A DNA stretch of 43,623 nucleotides from Bdellovibrionales bacterium (GTDB lineage: Bacteria; Bdellovibrionota; Bdellovibrionia; Bdellovibrionales; UBA840): contig JBBKWS010000065.1 in the NCBI GenBank assembly GCA_037969075.1, positions 1-43,623 on the forward strand. The letters are read 5' to 3'. The notes beneath the pieces are model-generated. The model was given only the letters and a program-made list of their open reading frames with translations. It was not told where the DNA came from and searched no databases. The stretch's first letter is position 1; each line of letters begins with the position of its first letter. Both the position numbers and the translations under genes were made by a program. Positions 39,147 through 43,623 of the stretch are shown piece by piece.

Positions 39147-39951
39147 GTTTTTCTCCCATCTTAACAGGCCCTGTCTTAGTTGCTTTAATATTTTGGGAGA
39201 CGGTCTTGTCTAATAGCAGTACTACTGTGCTACCCATATGAAATATACCTAACTCTGCCCCTGCTTGAGTCAGCAAAGCAGGCTCATAGGTTTTTTGTGT
39301 GAATTGTCTTACGCTTTTATTTGAAACCACCCCAGAATCATAGCTTAAAGTGATTTTACCAACGTTTGTCGCTCCCACTTTAACCACAGCTATCTTTCCA
39401 CCCTCACTGGCATCGATATAGGTAACCACTCTCTCGTTTACAGAGAATAAGTTTTTAATAGTAGATACAGACCACGTATTGACTGGCCAAAGCTTTCCAG
39501 GAATTAAGGAGCTGGAAGTTATCTTGCCGTTAGCAGGAGAATGAATCCTGTGATAGTCTGTCGGGCAAAGATAATATGTTATATACATCCCGCCTTCAAA
39601 CTCGCTGGCAATTGGGGATTTAAGAAGATCATGCGTAGTATAGCTCTTACCCTTTGCCTGGATCATTACGCCGTTTTGAATGGTACCAATTTGAGAGATC
39701 ACAGCATCCACCGGATGAACTAGATTTCCCTTTATAGGCCTCATGCTAGGCTTTAGCTTACGGATAAACAGATCTCCTATACTCTTATAAGATGACAACG
39801 GCTGTTCTGCCTCATTCATATTGATGTTGTATGCTTTCGCAAATTTTGCGACCAACCACGTCCCAATACATCGAGGGAACCTAATGTTTAGTAGGATTCC
39901 CATAAAGTGGCTTAAGTGGTTTTTAGGTAGAAAATACAAAATCTTATACAT
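39139..39951 (-). CDS. psd: Phosphatidylserine decarboxylase proenzyme
   Basis: F.RKLK...RP, YLCPTDYHRIHSP, NERV, VGATNVG, FHMGSTVVLL autocleavage motif. Confidence 0.95.
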   Translation of the reverse strand: MYKILYFLPKNHLSHFMGILLNIRFPRCIGTWLVAKFAKAYNINMNEAEQPLSSYKSIGDLFIRKLKPSMRPIKGNLVHPVDAVISQIGTIQNGVMIQAKGKSYTTHDLLKSPIASEFEGGMYITYYLCPTDYHRIHSPANGKITSSSLIPGKLWPVNTWSVSTIKNLFSVNERVVTYIDASEGGKIAVVKVGATNVGKITLSYDSGVVSNKSVRQFTQKTYEPALLTQAGAELGIFHMGSTVVLLLDKTVSQNIKATKTGPVKMGEKLE

Positions 39952-40030
39952 AGGCTTTCAACACTCTACGGGCTATAGTATAAAAAGCCAAGTTTTTCTC
40001 AATTAGGAACTAAATAGTCCTCTGAGGTAT

Positions 40031-41560
40031 ATGTCAAAACAACTGCAAAACATTAAAATTCGCCTAGATGAATCACTTGATGAAAAATTACGCCTATTAG
40101 AGCCGGAATATTCATCTTATAGAATTCTTAGAAAATCCGTCGATGCCAGAAAAAGAAACGAATTACACGAAGTATATAGCTTAGAGGTTTTTTATCCAGG
40201 CGAGGACACCGCTGCCTCCGATTATCCGGTGGATAAAATCAAATACGACGGTAAACCTATTTTAATTGTAGGATCGGGGCCGGCTGGTCTTTTTGCCGCC
40301 CTTAGATTAGTGGAAAGAGGTGTCCCTTGTATTTTATTTGAACGGGGCGCACAGACCAACCAAAGAATGATTAAGATCAATCGCTATTGGCGCTACGGCG
40401 AATTAGATACTGACAACAATGTATGTTTTGGTGAAGGCGGAGCTGGGCTTTACTCTGATGGCAAACTAATTACCCGAATCAAATCACCCTATATCCCTTA
40501 TGTAATGCACAGGCTTGTAAAGTTTGGTGCTCCTGAGGAGATTCAATATTTAGCCAATCCGCACGTGGGATCTGACCGCATTAGACGAGTGATTCCCAAA
40601 TTGCGGGAGTACCTAGAACAAAATGGTTGCACGATTCACTTTAATGCTAAAGTTGAAGAGCTACTTACTACAAATAACAAAATGACTGGTCTAAAACTTA
40701 AAGACGGAAGAGTCTTTGACGGGGATCATATCATTTTAGCCACAGGACATTCTGCAAATGACATGTTTACTCACTTAAATGATTTGGGAGTAACAATGGA
40801 AGGGAAATCATTCGCTGTTGGCTTGAGAGTAGAGCACCCGCAAAAAGCAGTAAATGCCATTCAATACAGAGGACACGCTGAGCACCCAAAACTGGGCGCA
40901 GCAAACTACAAATTAACCCATCACGATTATAAAGATAATATTGGCGTCTATAGCTTCTGCATGTGTCCCGGTGGTTATGTTTTATCATCAGCCACCGAAG
41001 CAGGAAGCATTGTCAGTAACGGGATGAGTAATTATCACCGAAACTCCCCGTTTGCTAACTCTGCCGTTGTTATCAGTGTAGATTACCAAAAAAACTTTGG
41101 TACTGATGCTTTCGCTGGCCTTAATTGGCGTAATAAACTTGAAACCGACGCTTACGATTCTGTTATAAAAGCCGATGGAACCAAACAATTACCCGCGCAA
41201 AGACTAACAGATTTTATCAATGGTAAAGTGGGACCACTGACAGAAAAGAACTCATCCCCTTCTGATGGAATTGCCACCCGAGTAGATCAACTATTTCCAG
41301 ATTGGATCAGAACTAGATTGATTGAAGCATTCCATAAGTTTGATGACTCAATGAAGGGTTTTTTACATAAAGACGCTCAAGTATTTGGGGTCGAATCAAG
41401 AACTTCATGCCCCATACGGGTTTCAAGAGATGAGATCACTCTAGAATCTCTTAGTCACAAAGGATTGTACCCGTGTGGCGAGGGCGCTGGTTACGCCGGT
41501 GGAATTACAAGCGCCGCAGTGGATGGAATCAAAATCGTCGAAGCGATTTTAAAAAATTAA
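40031..41560 (+). CDS. FAD-dependent oxidoreductase (uncharacterised dehydrogenase family)
   Basis: IVGSGPAGLFAA, FGEGGAG.YSDGKL, YSFCMCPGG, NGMS, YPCGEGAGYAGGITSAAVDG. Confidence 0.9.
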   Translation: MSKQLQNIKIRLDESLDEKLRLLEPEYSSYRILRKSVDARKRNELHEVYSLEVFYPGEDTAASDYPVDKIKYDGKPILIVGSGPAGLFAALRLVERGVPCILFERGAQTNQRMIKINRYWRYGELDTDNNVCFGEGGAGLYSDGKLITRIKSPYIPYVMHRLVKFGAPEEIQYLANPHVGSDRIRRVIPKLREYLEQNGCTIHFNAKVEELLTTNNKMTGLKLKDGRVFDGDHIILATGHSANDMFTHLNDLGVTMEGKSFAVGLRVEHPQKAVNAIQYRGHAEHPKLGAANYKLTHHDYKDNIGVYSFCMCPGGYVLSSATEAGSIVSNGMSNYHRNSPFANSAVVISVDYQKNFGTDAFAGLNWRNKLETDAYDSVIKADGTKQLPAQRLTDFINGKVGPLTEKNSSPSDGIATRVDQLFPDWIRTRLIEAFHKFDDSMKGFLHKDAQVFGVESRTSCPIRVSRDEITLESLSHKGLYPCGEGAGYAGGITSAAVDGIKIVEAILKN

Positions 41561-42711
41561 TTAACAGAGAATAAAATTGAGCATTTACCCGCAGAACCGA
41601 TGGAAGATAATTTATAGCGACTGGTAAAAATAGCTTTCATTATATCATTTACTCTTACACTTGTTACATATTTATATAAAATCCCACCACTGATCCCTAA
41701 ACCAATTAGTACAAAGTTAGCATAAGGCACATGAAAGTTTGCTAGTTGCTCAACGATCCCAAAACTTAGGGCCATAACAACATTTGTTCGCATTCGCCAA
41801 ATTTGCATTTTTAATTTTAGTTCAGGATTATTTTTTATGGTTGATTCATAATGATGGTTGATAGTTTGGGTAACAAAAAACCTACTAAATAACCCCTGAA
41901 TCCCAATAAATGCGGCATCAGTTAAAATTGCTGTAGGATTGGTAACACCAGTATAAATAGGTGTAAGAGCTGCCCCTTGCTTTAATAAATATAAGTACAA
42001 CGTAGAAGCTGACCACTGTTTGGCTGAAGATTGAAGGCCATCAACAAGGCCCCGCCAAGTACCATCTAAAAAGCCCTCTAATAACCTGGCATCCGCCTTT
42101 GGAAGAAAGCCTGAACGCGTAATCCAATGATTGTATATAGGGGAATTATATGTCCAAGCTCCTGACATTAATGTTGCTTGCGATGCCATTAAAGCTATTA
42201 ACTGAGGTGGCATATCCGCACCAAAATAGGCACCTACTGATATTGTCCCTCCAGCAATCACCGATCGAACGATGGTCCATGTCACTCTTTCTTTTTGATA
42301 GTTTAATCCCTTGGGTACCTGAATATTTGTAGAACCAATAAAGATCTTTTCACTCTCAGTTTTTAAAACAGATGCTATTCTTTTAGCTTCTTCAAAACTT
42401 CTGGTTTTTACATCACTTCCTGTAACTACAAACTCAATGTGGGCGCCTTCTTGTCGTAATTGGCTTAATCTACTTTCAAGCCACTGCTCTTGCACTTCGC
42501 CAATACCCATTTCTAGTGTAATGCTAGCTCTTTTAGTTCCGTCTTCTGTGTGGTATTTTATTTCAGGCAACTTTACTTGAAAAACTTCGGCTGCCGCGAT
42601 TTGACCTTCAACAGCAGATTGAGGCGCATTATTAGGCGCAAGGTTTGAGTTGTCCTGCGCAAAGGCCGACAAACTAGATAATAATATTAAGAATCCTAAA
42701 ACGTGCTTCAT
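41557..42711 (-). CDS. Secreted hypothetical protein with Gly-rich hydrophobic helices and C-terminal CSILF motif
   Basis: Signal peptide ending SAFA-Q; SD AGGAG; several hydrophobic segments in the C-terminal two thirds. Confidence 0.7.
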   Translation of the reverse strand: MKHVLGFLILLSSLSAFAQDNSNLAPNNAPQSAVEGQIAAAEVFQVKLPEIKYHTEDGTKRASITLEMGIGEVQEQWLESRLSQLRQEGAHIEFVVTGSDVKTRSFEEAKRIASVLKTESEKIFIGSTNIQVPKGLNYQKERVTWTIVRSVIAGGTISVGAYFGADMPPQLIALMASQATLMSGAWTYNSPIYNHWITRSGFLPKADARLLEGFLDGTWRGLVDGLQSSAKQWSASTLYLYLLKQGAALTPIYTGVTNPTAILTDAAFIGIQGLFSRFFVTQTINHHYESTIKNNPELKLKMQIWRMRTNVVMALSFGIVEQLANFHVPYANFVLIGLGISGGILYKYVTSVRVNDIMKAIFTSRYKLSSIGSAGKCSILFSVN

Positions 42712-42738
42712 GGATAAGGTCTCCTACCCCAGATAGGT

Positions 42739-42754
42739 AGCAAAAACCGTACTT
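42739..42754 (-). promoter_or_regulatory. Degenerate sigma-54-like element AAGTACGGTTTTTGCT
   Basis: Perfect -12 TTGCT with correct spacing but AG rather than GG at -24; 27 nt upstream of the ATG. Confidence 0.35.
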
Positions 42755-42847
42755 GGCCATCTGAAACCTAGCGTAAATAGCCGTGATTATGTGACATTTT
42801 TTGTCTCATCACAGCTAGATTTGGCGTTTTAGGTAGCCTTTTTTTAT

Positions 42848-43480
42848 TTATACTAGCTCTTTTTTAAGCGCCCCTAGGTACATCCGCATGGTTTGAAGGC
42901 GTATAGTCCCTTCTTGTTTAGCGGACTCAGTATTTAGTCTTTCTTGTAAATGTAAAAGCTTTGTAAAAAAATGATCTAATGTATATTTGCTGTCATCGGG
43001 ATCTCTATCTTCGCAATAAGGATCGTCAGGTGCGTATAGTGGTCTTTTAACTACTCCACTAAAGGCAAGGCAGCGATAGATTCCAATGGCTCCCATAGCA
43101 TCTAAGCGGTCGGCATCCTGAACCACACGGGCCTCGATACTTTCTGTTTGAATATTTGCTGAAAAACTGTGAGCAGAAATGCAATGCTGGATTGCGGGTA
43201 TGTATTCAGTTGGATACTCCCACTCTGTTAAAAGCTCTAAGGCCTTATCGGCTGAAATCTGTGAAGCTTGCTTTCTTCTTTTGTCATCTTTAGAGATGTA
43301 GACACAATCATGTAAATAAGCAGCAGGTACCACTATTTTTACATCAGCATTTTCAGAAGTAGCTAACTTCTTTGCTATAGCCACTACCCTTCTAACATGA
43401 GAAATATCATGGGAAGGATCAGGGTTTTTCTCGCAGAGTGTTGACATATACTTATCAAAATAAACTTCAAAGGATTTCAT
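42848..43480 (-). CDS. HD-domain metal-dependent phosphohydrolase (YedJ-like)
   Basis: SHDISHVRRV, AAYLHD, HSFS, QDADRLDAMGAIG, HF..KLL.L; probable ATG at 43480 (ORF extends to 43501). Confidence 0.92.
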   Translation of the reverse strand: MKSFEVYFDKYMSTLCEKNPDPSHDISHVRRVVAIAKKLATSENADVKIVVPAAYLHDCVYISKDDKRRKQASQISADKALELLTEWEYPTEYIPAIQHCISAHSFSANIQTESIEARVVQDADRLDAMGAIGIYRCLAFSGVVKRPLYAPDDPYCEDRDPDDSKYTLDHFFTKLLHLQERLNTESAKQEGTIRLQTMRMYLGALKKELV

Positions 43481-43623
43481 AGGGCTGATGCTAACAAACA
43501 AGATGGATATGGTCAGTAACTATATATAATTACTCAATATTAGCAGATACAATTATGGCTGCCGTTAAGGCTTTAGAACTATTAGCAAGCCCACTCTCTA
43601 AAAATTCAACAAAAAAGCTATCA

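Overview
AT-rich bacterial chromosomal window. Gene content and the style of the secreted proteins suggest a Bdellovibrionota-like (deltaproteobacterial-type) organism; this is an inference, not a database result. Most of it is core genome: nitronate monooxygenase, ald, ilvE, lpxC, ruvB, ruvA, dtd, fadD, ruvC, a TPR-efp-TPR-tamB-Omp85-clpS-clpA cluster, htpX, a ClC channel, LMW-PTP, LysR, psd, an FAD oxidoreductase and an HD protein. Orphan exported proteins are interspersed. I see no rRNA, tRNA, CRISPR array, integrase or transposase. The most interesting signals are: (1) a secreted TPR plus PI3/4-kinase-like protein and a secreted hydrophobic protein that share a terminal C-S-x-[IL]-F motif and similar sigma-54-type upstream architecture, a candidate co-regulated effector class; (2) an outer-membrane beta-barrel gene paired with a ~1,390-aa lipoprotein metzincin; (3) a Bdr/DUF1640-like protein with a 33-bp coding tandem repeat; (4) a small secreted protein built from two Cys/Trp repeats; (5) a putative Cys-His-Asp enzyme between ruvC and ruvAB; (6) a ClpA with a degenerate first ATPase ring; (7) recurring apparently leaderless genes, several with palindromes around the -10 box.
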